Position numbers and translations under genes: made by a program. From NCBI GenBank assembly GCA_965204735.1, contig OZ242008.1, forward strand, positions 3,744,001 through 3,808,000: a DNA stretch of 64,000 nucleotides. Reading direction: 5' to 3'. The notes beneath the pieces were generated by a model that was given only the letters and a program-made list of their open reading frames with translations, was not told the DNA's origin and did no database searches. This document shows positions 39,278-48,714 of the stretch, piece after piece (within the stretch, counting starts at the first letter, position 1; each line of letters opens with the position of its first letter). Source of the DNA: Longimicrobiales bacterium (GTDB taxonomy: Bacteria; Gemmatimonadota; Gemmatimonadetes; Longimicrobiales; Gaopeijiaceae).

Positions 39278-41887
39278 TCAGTCGCGCAGCGCGGGATCCG
39301 GAATTCGGGCGATCACCAGCCGCGTCTGGGGCGGCAGCTCCACCCGGAACACGGCGGCGGCCCCTGCGGCTTCGGCTCGGAAGTCGTGGACCCTGAGACC
39401 GCTCTCGCCCATGTGGCCCCGAAACGTCGCCGATTGAGCCAAGGGCGCCGCCAGCACGGCGGAGTCGTCGTCTTCGCCGTTCGTAGTCACGGGCCAGGGA
39501 TAAATGCCCGGGGGATCGGGGTACGAAAGAAAGATCTCGGTCGCCGTCGGGAAGTCGACGGTGGTGAATCGCGGGGTGTCGTCGCTCGTCAGCGACGCCT
39601 CCGCCCCTGCCACGGTCATCGCCACGGCATGCGCCGCAAGTATCTCCGAGATCGGTTCTCCCACGACCCTCTCGATGCCCGCCGCGCCGGAGTGCGCCAT
39701 GGAGTCGTTCAAGGCCGTCACGAACGCTTGGTCGTCGGCGAACGACGATCCGGCGCCGGCGAACCAATCCCGCAGGAAGCGGTGGAAGTGCCAGCCGCTT
39801 CCGTACACGTGACCGTCGTCCCATGGCTCGAAGGTGACGGCGTTGGGGTCCGCCGAGAACGCCAACACGGTCTGGGCCATCAATTCGAAGATGCCGAAAT
39901 GCTCCGCATACGCTTCCTCCCGACCCGTCCGGAACATCTCTCCAGTGAGTCGGGCGTCGGCCGGCGGTCCGCCCACGCTCTCCCAAGCCAGCCGCGAACT
40001 CATTTCCGTGGCGATCTCGGCGGTCCCTTCCTCTACCCAGACCGGGTGCCAAACCGGTTCGACTCGTGTCCGATACCAGCTCCTCATCCGCTTGTAAAAC
40101 GAACTCACGTGCTTGACCTCGTGCACCATGCCCGCAAGCGCCCAGTACCCGCCGTCGTCGAACTGAGCGAAGGCCCCAGCGCTCATGTGCACGAGCTCCA
40201 TCTCGTTGGACGCTGCGCAATCGGCCTGGGACTTGAGCATGTCGTTGGAAATGACGTAGGCCAGGACGCCGTCCAGGAGCGGATCGACGACGACCACCAC
40301 TCTCCCGTCGCCGTTCACGTCGCTGACGCCGCCGAACCAGCGCTCGATCACTTCGGCGCCGTGGTCGGCGTAGTAGTCGAGGATGCGGTTGACGTTGGCG
40401 ACGGAAACGGGATCGGCGGCGGCCTCGTCCTCGTAGACCGCCAAGTGTTCGTTCTCGGCGACCAGCCTGGCCGACACTGTCCGGTCCACTTCGCAGCGGT
40501 TCCAGTCCCACCCGCCTTCCCCTAGGACCTGGGCCAATCGGAAGGTGCGCCGCTCCGGACTGCTCTGGTTCAGGACTCGCTTTGCGGAGGCCGGTCGAGC
40601 CGCCCACCGCCCCGCCGGCCCTCGGTCCAGCACCTCCTTCAACCGACCTTCGGCGGCCAGCTGCCGGTACATCTCCGCCTCCCACCGCCGAATGCTGCGG
40701 GAAAGGGCGTCGTTGGCACGCTGGATCTCCAGCAGCTCTTGCCACTCGGGCGAGAGGACGGGCGGACGGACGCGCACCCGCCGGGCCGCCTGACGCGGAC
40801 CCTCTCCCGCCGACACCGCCTCCACCGCAAGTTCGACGGGCAGAACTCTGCCTTCCCCCGGCGACACTCCGGCTACGGCGACCCGATAGTACGCACCGGC
40901 TTCCGGGGCCCGGACGAACAAGCCGCAGGGCTCCGTTTCGCTTCCAGTCTTCAGCTGCACGTCGCCCGTCTCCAACCCGAGGGGGCCGTCGCACACCCTC
41001 AACGAAAGAGCCTGAGACGCGGAGGCGCCCTCCGAATCCGCGACCCGCACCTCGAACTCGGAGACCCCGGTCTCGGTGGGAACGCCGACGATCTCGCCGT
41101 CCGCTTCCAGCGCCAGTCCCCGGGGCAGGCGTGCTCCCTCGGCCAAGCTCCAGGCGTAGCCCTCTTGGCTCCCGCCAACCGCGACCAGCGTTTGGGCGTA
41201 CGAGACGGTGAGGCGGCCCTGCTTCAAGGAGTCGGTGACGACGGCCAGGCGACGGGGCGCGGCCGTGGCCCGAAAGGTCGTGGCAAAGCCGCCGGCCGAG
41301 GCAGAAAGAGCCTGCGCCGAGTCGGCGCCCAGGGTCCACTTGGTTCGGGCAAGGCCGTCGGCGCCCGTGAGGGCGGAGCTGGGCGACACCGAGCCGCCCC
41401 CGGCAGCGACCTCGAACTCGACGGCAACGTCTCTCGCCGGGTGTCCGTTGGCGTCCGAGACCAAGACCGAGGGGGAAACCGACAGCGCCTCTCCCGCGAA
41501 GCCATGCTGTTCGTCGCCCTCGGCCTTCTCGATCGCGCCCGCGACCTGGTGCACGGTGGCGGTGGCCCTGCCGGCGATTGATCCGGCCCGGGCGCTGATC
41601 AGGGCGGTTCCCGCCCCTGCCGCGGTGGCCAGCCCGGTTGCCGGGTCGACCGCGACGACGCTCGGGGCGGCGCTGACCCACGCGACCGGCGTCCCGGTCA
41701 GCACGTTTCCGTTCTGGTCGGCGACCCGGGCTGTGAACTGCACGGTCTCGTCGATCGCCGTCAGGGTCGCCTCGGCGGGCGAAACGACAATGGTGGCGGG
41801 AACGGGGGGCGGCGTGGGCGCGCCGTCGCCGCAAGCGGCAGAGACCAGCACCGGCGCAAGCCAAGCGGCCCAACGGTGGTTCTTCAT
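39278..41887 (-). CDS. Lipoprotein with Ig-like domains and HExxH metallopeptidase domain
   Basis: GGAGG RBS; VSAAC lipobox; Big_2/He_PIG-like repeats; HEVKH...WVEEGTAE. Confidence 0.8.
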   Translation of the reverse strand: MKNHRWAAWLAPVLVSAACGDGAPTPPPVPATIVVSPAEATLTAIDETVQFTARVADQNGNVLTGTPVAWVSAAPSVVAVDPATGLATAAGAGTALISARAGSIAGRATATVHQVAGAIEKAEGDEQHGFAGEALSVSPSVLVSDANGHPARDVAVEFEVAAGGGSVSPSSALTGADGLARTKWTLGADSAQALSASAGGFATTFRATAAPRRLAVVTDSLKQGRLTVSYAQTLVAVGGSQEGYAWSLAEGARLPRGLALEADGEIVGVPTETGVSEFEVRVADSEGASASQALSLRVCDGPLGLETGDVQLKTGSETEPCGLFVRAPEAGAYYRVAVAGVSPGEGRVLPVELAVEAVSAGEGPRQAARRVRVRPPVLSPEWQELLEIQRANDALSRSIRRWEAEMYRQLAAEGRLKEVLDRGPAGRWAARPASAKRVLNQSSPERRTFRLAQVLGEGGWDWNRCEVDRTVSARLVAENEHLAVYEDEAAADPVSVANVNRILDYYADHGAEVIERWFGGVSDVNGDGRVVVVVDPLLDGVLAYVISNDMLKSQADCAASNEMELVHMSAGAFAQFDDGGYWALAGMVHEVKHVSSFYKRMRSWYRTRVEPVWHPVWVEEGTAEIATEMSSRLAWESVGGPPADARLTGEMFRTGREEAYAEHFGIFELMAQTVLAFSADPNAVTFEPWDDGHVYGSGWHFHRFLRDWFAGAGSSFADDQAFVTALNDSMAHSGAAGIERVVGEPISEILAAHAVAMTVAGAEASLTSDDTPRFTTVDFPTATEIFLSYPDPPGIYPWPVTTNGEDDDSAVLAAPLAQSATFRGHMGESGLRVHDFRAEAAGAAAVFRVELPPQTRLVIARIPDPALRD

Positions 41888-42124
41888 GGACTCCTCCGTG
41901 CTCGCGAGGGTCATAGTCTCGGCTCGCGAGCGCCACAGTCGATCCCAGACCTTGAGCCGGCCCGGGGCACCTCAACCCAGAGACAGGATAGCCAACTTGA
42001 GCCGCTTCCGCCAACTTCCGGGAGTTCCGCTGGTGCAATTCGGTGGAGAACTGGACTTCCATCGACTTCCTCCGTAGCTTCGGCCAGAAGCAGCACCAAC
42101 CCTCCTCTGGACCGATCGAACACA

Positions 42125-43297
42125 GTGATCCAAGACAAGTATCGACGAGTGGAAGTAGGTGCCGACGGGAGACCCGGTGAATCCCTAGACCACGCCATTG
42201 CCGTACTCAATGGTCACTTTGACCCAGAGGACTTCTTCGTCACGCGAGCCGACAACGCGCTGCACGTATGGCTGCGACAGGTAGACATCGCGGCCTTGGA
42301 CAATGTCGTCCAGTCCGTTCTGGCCATACATGCCGACGCTGATCCCTTGCCAAGGATTGTTTCTGCGGTTCATGACATCGGAACCTACGGACTCAATGGC
42401 AAGAAGCGTCTATATGTAGGGTACAATCGCGAACGCAAGGTCGTGGGTCGCAAAGCAAAGGAGGGTCGTCGTGGAAAACACTACTACGCGCACGCAGACG
42501 ATTTCAGCAACCAGAATAGCCATCTTCCTGTCGGCATCGCAGACTCGATTATGTGCGGCGACAGTGAAGTGCTGCTGAAAGGATTGCCGGACAACTGCGT
42601 CGACCTTGTTTTTACCTCGCCTCCATACAATTTTGGTCTAGGGTACTCCGACGCTAGCGTCGAGGATGGGGATGCTGTCGACTGGGAATCGTATTTTGAC
42701 AAATTGTTTGCGGTATTGGACGAGTGCGTGCGCGTGCTCAAATTCGGAGGCCGCCTCGTGATAAATGTCCAGCCGTTGTTTTCTGACTACATCCCAAGTC
42801 ACCATATCATATCCGGTCACTTGATGAAGAGAAAAATGATATGGAAGGGAGAAATCCTGTGGGAGAAGAACAACTACAACTGCAAGTACACGGCCTGGGG
42901 CAGTTGGAAGAGCCCGTCCAGCCCGTACTTGAAGTACACATGGGAATTTGTTGAAGTCTTCTGCAAGGGCGACCTCAGGAAGACCGGACGGTCGGAGGAT
43001 GCGGACATTGACGCCGATTCCTTTAAGGATTGGGTCGTAGCCAAGTGGTCCATTGCCCCGGAGCGCCGAATGAGAGAGTATGGTCACCCGGCTATGTTTC
43101 CTGAAGAATTGGCGCGCAGAGTGCTGTTGCTGTTCAGTTTTCGCGGCGACACGATCCTGGACCCGTTTTGCGGCGTGGGAACTACGTGCGTTGCGGCTCG
43201 AAGGAGTGGCCGAAGATTCGTGGGCATGGATGTGTCGGACACCTATTGCATGACGGCGACAAAGAGATTGTCAGACGTGCCAATGTCGCTCTTGTAG
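42125..43297 (+). CDS. Beta-class N4-cytosine/N6-adenine DNA methyltransferase
   Basis: TSPPY precedes HPAMFP and DPFCGVGTT; low GC; GTG start inferred. Confidence 0.92.
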   Translation: MIQDKYRRVEVGADGRPGESLDHAIAVLNGHFDPEDFFVTRADNALHVWLRQVDIAALDNVVQSVLAIHADADPLPRIVSAVHDIGTYGLNGKKRLYVGYNRERKVVGRKAKEGRRGKHYYAHADDFSNQNSHLPVGIADSIMCGDSEVLLKGLPDNCVDLVFTSPPYNFGLGYSDASVEDGDAVDWESYFDKLFAVLDECVRVLKFGGRLVINVQPLFSDYIPSHHIISGHLMKRKMIWKGEILWEKNNYNCKYTAWGSWKSPSSPYLKYTWEFVEVFCKGDLRKTGRSEDADIDADSFKDWVVAKWSIAPERRMREYGHPAMFPEELARRVLLLFSFRGDTILDPFCGVGTTCVAARRSGRRFVGMDVSDTYCMTATKRLSDVPMSLL

Positions 43298-43298
43298 C

Positions 43299-44012
43299 AT
43301 GAGGGAAAAGCCACTGACTCGTGCAGACTTGATCGCCCTGTACGACAAGGTAGTGGGCAACATCGACGCCGAGGCGTCCGACGGTAACGAGAGGACGTAT
43401 GGTGGAGTAGTTCGCGCCGGCAAAGGGAAGTTGGTTGAAACGATGGCTGAGCATATTGTAATGCTGGCATGGCACGACGTTGGCGGACTGGCACAACGCT
43501 TGTCTTTCCACGATGTCAAGAAGTATCAGATCCATGTCTCGGACGATTATGTCGAAACGTTGTCGCCGGAAATCGCGCGGCATATAGGTATCAGCAAGAA
43601 CCAGCACAGCTATGGGGCGCACGTTGACAAACATGTATTTGTGGATGGCAGGATCGTATTGGGTGTTGAATGCAAGGCGTATACCGAAAACGCTATGCTC
43701 AAGCGAATTCTTGTGGACTTTCGTCTTCTCAAGTCACTGCATCCAAGGCTACATTGTTGCCTTCTTCAGCTGGAAAGCATGCTTGGCGGAGACTATGCGT
43801 ACCCATTGGCGTCGTTTCGATTTGGAAGTCCCAGTTCTCACGTCCTGATGTCTTTCTTCCCAGAGGTGAAGTTGAACATTGTTACGTTGTTGGAGGGCGA
43901 GCGAAACGTAAAGAAGCCAATCCACGACAGTAGATTCTTCAAGCCGCTGAAACCAGCGTCTCTAGATCGCGCCATCGAACAATTTGGCACGCTACTGGAA
44001 CCGTGGGTATAA
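43299..44012 (+). CDS. Putative type II restriction endonuclease (PD-(D/E)xK)
   Basis: VDKHVF...VECKAY motif; starts 1 nt after the MTase stop; low GC. Confidence 0.75.
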   Translation: MREKPLTRADLIALYDKVVGNIDAEASDGNERTYGGVVRAGKGKLVETMAEHIVMLAWHDVGGLAQRLSFHDVKKYQIHVSDDYVETLSPEIARHIGISKNQHSYGAHVDKHVFVDGRIVLGVECKAYTENAMLKRILVDFRLLKSLHPRLHCCLLQLESMLGGDYAYPLASFRFGSPSSHVLMSFFPEVKLNIVTLLEGERNVKKPIHDSRFFKPLKPASLDRAIEQFGTLLEPWV

Positions 44013-44198
44013 GATGGGCATCTCTCGCTGCTTCAAGTGGGAAGCCATCAAGCTTTCCGCAGATGAGTTCCACCACCCATCCCAGCACGCTGTCCCTCAC
44101 TCAAGGGACTTCCGCACCGGCGACGGCGGGTTGCGAGACCGAGTCGGTTGCGGAAGCTAGCCCGGGGGCCGCTCAGGTCGTCGGCGTCGGGCGGGCGG

Positions 44199-44565
44199 CT
44201 ACTTCTTGTCGTCGGCTCCGGCGGCGTTAGCGGCCCGTTCGAAGGCGGCTTGTCGGCGGTAGCTCTCGCCTTCAATGGTGAGGTTGTGGGCGTGGTGGAC
44301 GAGACGATCGACGGCGGCGATTCGTCATGTGGCCTTGTCGGCGAAGATGCGGTCCCCAGGTGCTGAACGGCTGGTTGGTGGTGACCATGAGCGAACGGTA
44401 GCACCTGCCGACGAACTCGAAGGGCACGCCGGTCTCGTTGCGTTCCTTGTCGACGTAGGCGATGTCGCTCGACCGCGTGACCCGCACCCCGCGTCTCGCG
44501 GCACTTCTGCTCCCGCTCGCGTGGCAGCGGTCGCAGTGCCTTGCCTTCCTTCTCGACCCGCTCCG
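44199..44565 (-). pseudogene. IS21 relic: istA fragment joined to a frameshifted istB C-terminus
   Basis: ERVEKEGKALRPLP and DIAYVDKERNET match the adjacent IS21; also TNQPFSTW, AAVDRLVHHA, IEGESYRR. Confidence 0.8.
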
Positions 44566-44809
44566 CGCTCGCCCCGGCCCCGCTGACGGGAGGGCTTGTA
44601 GAGCGACAATCAGGATAAGACCCCGGCGACAATCAGGATGAGACGTCCAGGATCGTGACAGGAACGATGGCAGCGGAGGTGGAACGGGTCAAGACGAGGG
44701 GGTTGGGCATGGGGCAAGCGAGGCCGCGGAGCAGGCGCCCATCCGGCCCAAGCGCTTGATCGCGGAGAGTTGGCCGGTCTTGTCGGAATTCGAGGCCGCT
44801 GCTGGCCGT

Positions 44810-45463
44810 CTAACGCGAGATCTCGAACGGACGCGACCTGGGATACCCCTGAATTCGGGTTGTTTCATAGCGCGTGCCGACGAGCTCGAAGAGCGCGCTG
44901 GTCTCGTTGCGGTCCTTGTCGACGTAGGCGATGTCGTCGAGGATGACGAGGTGGAACTTGTGAAGCCGCCGGATCGCCGCTTCGAGGGCCAGGTCGCGGC
45001 GCGCCGCCTGGAGCTTCTGCACCAAGTCGGTGGCTCGGGCGTAGAGGACGCGGTAGCCGCGCTCGACGAGGGCGAGGCCGATCCCGGCGGCGAGATGGCT
45101 CTTGCCGGTGCCGGGCGGGCCGAGGACGACGATGTTGTGGCCGTCGTCGATCCAGTCGCCTCCCTTGGCGAGGACGCGGACGAGCGGTTCGGACAGTCCG
45201 GGCAGGCGGTCGAAGTCGAAGTTGTCGAGCGTCTTGCCGAGCGGCAGCTTGGCCTCGGCGCGGTGGCGCTCGAAGCGTCGGCGCGCCCGGTCGGCGAGTT
45301 CCTGCTCGGCCAGCTGTGCGAGGTACCGGTCGTGGGACCAGCCTTCGCGCTGTGCCCGGTCGGCGAACGGTCGCCACATGTCCTTCATGGTGGGCATGCG
45401 CAGTTCCTTGAGCATGCGGTCCACCTCGGCGTCGTCCACGACGAAGGGCTGCTTGGGGCTCAT
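44810..45463 (-). pseudogene. istB: IS21 helper ATPase IstB, C-terminally truncated
   Basis: GPPGTGKSHLA and LVILDD; similarity ends after LFELVGTRYE. Confidence 0.85.
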
Positions 45464-46830
45464 CGAGCGTCTCCTTCCGGATGGCGGGCGGCCCCGTCGG
45501 GGGCCGGTCCTTCGGCGGGGCCGTCGCCGTTGCGGGCGCCGAAGAGGCCGTCGTAGCGGTCCAGCGAACCTTCGCGCACGGCAGGCACGATGTCGAGGAC
45601 GCCGGGCTCGGGCTCGGCGAACTCGGTTGCGAGCGCCTTCGGGTCGGGGATGCCGCCGGCGTCGAGAACGTCGTCGATGCGCTCGGCCAGCGCTCGCTCG
45701 CAGCCCTGTTCGTGGGCGAGCGCGAGCAGGGCGACGGCGACGCGGCACGCCCTGCGGTCGCCGTGCTTGGCCACGACCTCGTCGTAGGCTCTGCGGTAGG
45801 CGTCCGCGGGGGAAGAGCTGGTCGCAGCACCTTGCAGCACCCAGTCCTTCAACGCCATCGTCTTGCGCTGGAGCGACCGGATCACGTGGCGGTAGTCGAC
45901 GCCGCGCGGCAGCGGCCGCAGCGCCTTGCCTTCCTTCTCGACCCGCTCCGTGCTCCGGCGGGCGTTGCGGCGAGCGACCACGCCGGCCACGAAGGCGCGG
46001 TACGCCTCGACCGACTCGAACTCGCGCGAGCCCTTCAGCATCAGCGCGTCGACGAGCACCCGCTTGAAGTGGCCGTGGCTGCTCTCGACCACGCCGTTCT
46101 CGTGTGCCCGGCCCCGGTTGTTGCGCGTCGGCGTCATCCGGTAGTGGGCGCACAGCGCCTCGTAGCGCCTGGTCTGGTCCTCCGCCGCTTCCTGCGACAG
46201 GTTCCTGAACGCCGCCGACAGGCTGTCCGTCCGATGCTCTGCCGGCGCCCCGCCCAGCGTCCACAGCGCCTCCTGCAGCCCCTCGGCCAGCGCCGTCCAA
46301 CTCTCGCCGCCCAGCACGACGCGAGCGTGCTCGAAGCCCGAGTACGGCAGCCGGAAGCGGTACAGCATGTGCCGCAGCGGCTCGCCGGCGACCGTCACCC
46401 CCAGCTTCGCCATGGCGGTGAAGTCCGAGTAGCCCCGACGACCCGGACGGTGCTTCTGCACGAACACCACCTCCCGCTCCGGACCGTGCAGCGCCTTCCA
46501 CTCCCGCACCCGCCGCTCGACCGTCCGCCGCGTGCTCGCCGGCAGCTCGGGATGCAGCCTGCGCAGCTCCTCGAAGACCGCCACCGCCCGCAGCTTCGGG
46601 TTCCGCTCGAGCAGTGGCGCCGCCACCCGCTCGAACAACCCGCCCAGCGGGTCCGGCCGCCTGCTCCCGCGCGGCTTCCGCTTCTCCGACGGCAAGCGAC
46701 GGTCCGCCTCCAGCCTGTACCCCGTCGCCCTGCTGAACCCCGCCTTCGCCGCCGTCTCGACGGCAAGCCCGTCCTTCCGGTGCCTCATGTACTGCCTCGC
46801 CTGGCCATCGTTCACGTGCAGGTCCGCCAT
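45460..46830 (-). CDS. istA: IS21 transposase IstA, with probable internal deletion and compensating frameshifts
   Basis: RRPDPL, SDFT, HRTDSLSAA, HENGVVESSHG; jumps from LRPLPRG directly to VDYRHVI. Confidence 0.85.
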   Translation of the reverse strand: MADLHVNDGQARQYMRHRKDGLAVETAAKAGFSRATGYRLEADRRLPSEKRKPRGSRRPDPLGGLFERVAAPLLERNPKLRAVAVFEELRRLHPELPASTRRTVERRVREWKALHGPEREVVFVQKHRPGRRGYSDFTAMAKLGVTVAGEPLRHMLYRFRLPYSGFEHARVVLGGESWTALAEGLQEALWTLGGAPAEHRTDSLSAAFRNLSQEAAEDQTRRYEALCAHYRMTPTRNNRGRAHENGVVESSHGHFKRVLVDALMLKGSREFESVEAYRAFVAGVVARRNARRSTERVEKEGKALRPLPRGVDYRHVIRSLQRKTMALKDWVLQGAATSSSPADAYRRAYDEVVAKHGDRRACRVAVALLALAHEQGCERALAERIDDVLDAGGIPDPKALATEFAEPEPGVLDIVPAVREGSLDRYDGLFGARNGDGPAEGPAPDGAARHPEGDAR

Positions 46831-47094
46831 CAGCGCTCCTCCTCGTTGGGGAAGGCACTGATGTAGTTGGACCTCGTTCCACGATCACCGACGGCCGGCC
46901 TCCGAACGACAGGACCGAACCCGCGTCCGAATCCCTCGACCTCAGATCACGGCCGCCTCCGGCAGTCTCATCTTGGTTGTCGCTACCGTCTCATCTTGGT
47001 TGTCGCTCGACAGGTTGATCATGGGGCCAGAGCGGCCGGGTCTCGAGACGCCGTAGCCCTTCGGGGTCCCCAACCCGGTACCCTCGGCGGCGGA

Positions 47095-47122
47095 AGGGAA
47101 CCTTTCGGGATCCACTTGGTAT
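47095..47122 (+). promoter_or_regulatory. Putative ECF sigma promoter AGGGAACC-N15-GGTAT (autoregulatory, possibly leaderless)
   Basis: AGGGAACCTTTCGGGATCCACTTGGTAT ends 8 nt before ATG 47131. Confidence 0.62.
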
Positions 47123-47130
47123 ACGCCTAC

Positions 47131-47748
47131 ATGGATACGCATCCTCCCATGAAGGGGCCGGCTCCGGTCCTGGTCCCGTTCGGGTCCATCGCACCCGGCC
47201 TCAAGTTCGACCTTCGCCTCTTTCACGAGTGCGACGACGCATTCTTCGCTGAGGCGGACCGGCGGTTGCGGCCTTGCCTCGAGGCTGTCACTTGGCGGTG
47301 GGCCCGGGACCCGGACCACGCCGACCACCTGGAGCAGTTGACCATGATCCGCGTCTACGAAAAGCGAGCGACCTACTCTGGAAAGGGTTCGCTGCTGGCG
47401 TGGACTTGGAGCATCTGCGCGAACGTCTGCAGGGAGGAGGCTCGGAAATCGGGCGGCGCGAAGACGGTGGCCCTGGAGAACTTCGAGGACCTTGCGGACA
47501 CTACCCTCGGTCCGGCCGAAGCGTTTGAGCGTCGCGCACGGGCCGCGATAGTCCACAAGGCGTTGGCGAAGCTCGGCGAGCGAGAGCGGGAGGCAGTTTG
47601 GGCCCGGTACGGGGAGGGGCAGAGCCTGAAGGAGGTCGCCCAGTCCATGGGGATCAACGTTCGCACAGCCGCCGTGCTGGCCCGGCGCGGCCTGGATCAG
47701 TTGGCCGGCATGGACGAACTCGCCGAAACCGTTCTGGCCGACGCATGA
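47131..47748 (+). CDS. ECF sigma-70 family RNA polymerase sigma factor
   Basis: Region 2 (ADHLEQLTMIRVY...LLAWTWSICANVC) and region 4 (LGEREREAV...SLKEVAQSMGI). Confidence 0.82.
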   Translation: MDTHPPMKGPAPVLVPFGSIAPGLKFDLRLFHECDDAFFAEADRRLRPCLEAVTWRWARDPDHADHLEQLTMIRVYEKRATYSGKGSLLAWTWSICANVCREEARKSGGAKTVALENFEDLADTTLGPAEAFERRARAAIVHKALAKLGEREREAVWARYGEGQSLKEVAQSMGINVRTAAVLARRGLDQLAGMDELAETVLADA

Positions 47749-48695
47749 GCGTCCATAGTTCGCTGGCACGGGCACCGGTAGCATCGCGGCCGCCGGCGCT
47801 GGTTCTGGGGCGCAGTCCAAAGTTGCGAGCCCGTGTCGGCATGGGGCTACGGACCGGCGGTGCCCGCCGGGTCCTGGGCGGGGCGCGAGTCGCCTCCGAT
47901 TGGGGCCACCTCCGCGAGATGTCTCTACAGTTCCCCGGTTCACCAGCCTTCGTCGATCCTACGGTGCCGTCGGGCGATTTGTCTCCTGACCCCGCAGCTT
48001 GGTTCCGGAGGGCGTGCCCGGCGTGTCCCGTGCTCGGCTATGCCGCTGCAACCAACGCGGAAGTTCGCATGTTCGCAGCGCCGAAGTACGCGTTCGCGAC
48101 ATGGTTGCGACCCGGCGTCGACGACCGGCTCACCACCATAGGTTCGGTCGCGCTACGGCATGCGGGTGCCGCCGAGGTCCGCGCCGTTGTCAACCGGGTC
48201 GTTGCGGTAGCGCCTTCTCCGGCCCGTGATCTCGTGGAGCGCGCGGTCGGCAAGACGATCTTCCCCTGTTCGGTCGAGGCCTTCGCCCGTGATCTAGTCA
48301 CAAATGTGCGTACGCTACGCTGGCGCTGCTCGGCGTGGGGTCTGCCACCGCCTAAGCGGCTTCTGTCTCTGGGACGAGCCTACCATGTGCACCGGCTGGC
48401 TCGATGGAGCGGCGCACCCCCCTCCGTCGTCGCGGCTGCACTCGGCTTCCGTGACCCCTCGAACTACCGGCGGCTGGTGCGGACGGTCCTGGGCTTGCCG
48501 CCTTCAGAAGTGGTCGAACGCGGCGGCCCGGACTACGTGGCCTCGGTATTCGTCGAGGCGGTGACTTCGGGGCTGCCCATTCGTCGTGCCCATCGGCCGT
48601 TGCCGATTCCGACACCCCCAAGGGGAGAGCGTTCTGCATCTACCCATCACACTGCTGGTACGCGCCACGGGCCGCCAGCACCCACCACACCGTAG
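47745..48695 (+). CDS. AraC-like HTH regulator with degenerate receiver-like N-terminus
   Basis: RTLRWRC...GLPPPKRLL...VAAALGFRDPSNYRRLVR; ATGA coupling to the sigma gene. Confidence 0.75.
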   Translation: MSVHSSLARAPVASRPPALVLGRSPKLRARVGMGLRTGGARRVLGGARVASDWGHLREMSLQFPGSPAFVDPTVPSGDLSPDPAAWFRRACPACPVLGYAAATNAEVRMFAAPKYAFATWLRPGVDDRLTTIGSVALRHAGAAEVRAVVNRVVAVAPSPARDLVERAVGKTIFPCSVEAFARDLVTNVRTLRWRCSAWGLPPPKRLLSLGRAYHVHRLARWSGAPPSVVAAALGFRDPSNYRRLVRTVLGLPPSEVVERGGPDYVASVFVEAVTSGLPIRRAHRPLPIPTPPRGERSASTHHTAGTRHGPPAPTTP

Positions 48696-48714
48696 TCGAG
48701 GAAAGGCACTCAAG

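Larger units (their letters stand above)
44597..47012 (-). mobile_element. Degenerate IS21-family element
   Basis: TG-initiated ends TGTAGAGCGACAA / TGTCGAGCGACAA, each with duplicated ~20-bp sub-repeats; contains istA and istB; no target duplication seen. Confidence 0.88.

Noticed and set aside
46965..47007. Tandem 20-bp repeats (and similar near 44602-44645) as a mini-CRISPR
   Set aside because: Only two units a few nt apart and no cas genes; they are IS21 terminal sub-repeats
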